DNA of 64,000 nucleotides from Candidatus Omnitrophota bacterium (GTDB lineage Bacteria; Omnitrophota; Gorgyraeia; Zapsychrales; Fredricksoniimonadaceae): NCBI GenBank assembly GCA_903908245.1, contig CAIVRE010000024.1, positions 9,676 to 73,675 of the forward strand, read 5' to 3'. Shown piece by piece: positions 63,636 to 64,000 of this stretch (position 1 is its first letter; each line of letters starts with the position of its first letter). The notes under the pieces were generated by a model. It saw only the letters and a program-made list of their open reading frames with translations, ran no database searches and was not told where the DNA came from. The position numbers and the translations under genes were made by a program.

Positions 63636-64000
63636 ATGGAGAAAGCCCCTGTGCCCGGAAAGAATGATCTCGTCCGTTTTTTTTATGTCGTGGTGATGTT
63701 TGTTGAAGGTTATATCTTTCAGGCTCTTTTCGTTTATTTTATTTGTCAATCCATATTCCTGCTGATGGCCCATTCAGGCAGGTTTTTTGGGCTGTTGCAG
63801 CCAGGGTATCGCCAATGGGTTTTGTCTGATCTTCTTTTCATTTTCAATATCGTATTCCTGGTCGTTCTTGTCTTTTTTGATTTTATGGTGGCGTATAGCC
63901 TTCACAGGCGCAAGAATCTTCGCGAGCATCCCATGGGATTTCTTGAGATCGTTATTCCGGCGCTGGGGACTTTTGGTAATTTGCTTTATAACGTGGTCCC
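63636..64000 (+). CDS. membrane protein, 3'-truncated by the window end
   Basis: Stop-free frame from the ATG at 63636 to the window end (121 codons) with two or three hydrophobic helices. Confidence 0.35.
   Translation, partial: MEKAPVPGKNDLVRFFYVVVMFVEGYIFQALFVYFICQSIFLLMAHSGRFFGLLQPGYRQWVLSDLLFIFNIVFLVVLVFFDFMVAYSLHRRKNLREHPMGFLEIVIPALGTFGNLLYNVV

Noticed and set aside
1..64000. Mobile elements, integrases, CRISPR arrays, rRNA/tRNA genes
   Set aside because: I found no transposase or integrase-like ORFs, no spaced direct-repeat arrays, and no rRNA or tRNA signatures on reading both strands. The low-GC orphan ORF at 14393 is the only hint of foreign DNA, and it lacks flanking repeats.

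Overview
This is a 64-kb bacterial chromosomal segment (GC roughly 55-58%, diderm: an LptD homologue is present) dominated by cell-envelope glycan biosynthesis. Sixty of the 62 confident genes lie on the + strand, many with overlapping stop/start codons. The layout is: (i) 1-10.2 kb, a cassette of GT-C glycosyltransferase, three radical-SAM/SPASM enzymes, an atypical DegT aminotransferase, a B12-radical-SAM enzyme, a flippase-like membrane protein, a polyprenol-P GT2 and a Wzy_C ligase; (ii) 10.2-21.9 kb, housekeeping and sensory genes (FmdB zinc ribbon, DUF1015, accD, MFS GPH symporter, an orphan MalK-like ATPase, two tandem GGDEF cyclases, ROK kinase, lptD); (iii) 21.9-53.9 kb, an almost gap-free, ~32-gene co-directional glycan operon (two NDP-sugar 6-dehydrogenases, a UXS-like decarboxylase, a minimal TPP E1 alpha/beta pair, an Fcl-like enzyme, SDR, three DegT aminotransferases, the HddA/HddC/GmhB GDP-heptose route, GT2/GT4/GT9/GT28 transferases, an MsbA-like exporter, four SAM methyltransferases, two more B12-radical-SAM enzymes, and a NodU-type carbamoyltransferase with SxtJ/SxtK-like partners); (iv) 53.9-64 kb, a degenerate priA-like gene, fmt, then an ArnT-like GT-C, an ArnC-like GT2, a YfhO-like GT-C, a TPR protein, another GT-C, a CBS protein and a partial membrane gene. 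I recognised no rRNA, tRNA, CRISPR array or mobile element. The candidates for novel biology are the radical-SAM-rich glycan/lipid tailoring cassette (1.5-7.3 kb) and the large decorated-glycan operon; there are several individual oddities as well (a P-loop-less PriA, a DegT with a membrane-like insertion, a mini E1 alpha/beta pair, split TMTC-like GT-C+TPR modules, and a compositionally foreign orphan ORF).
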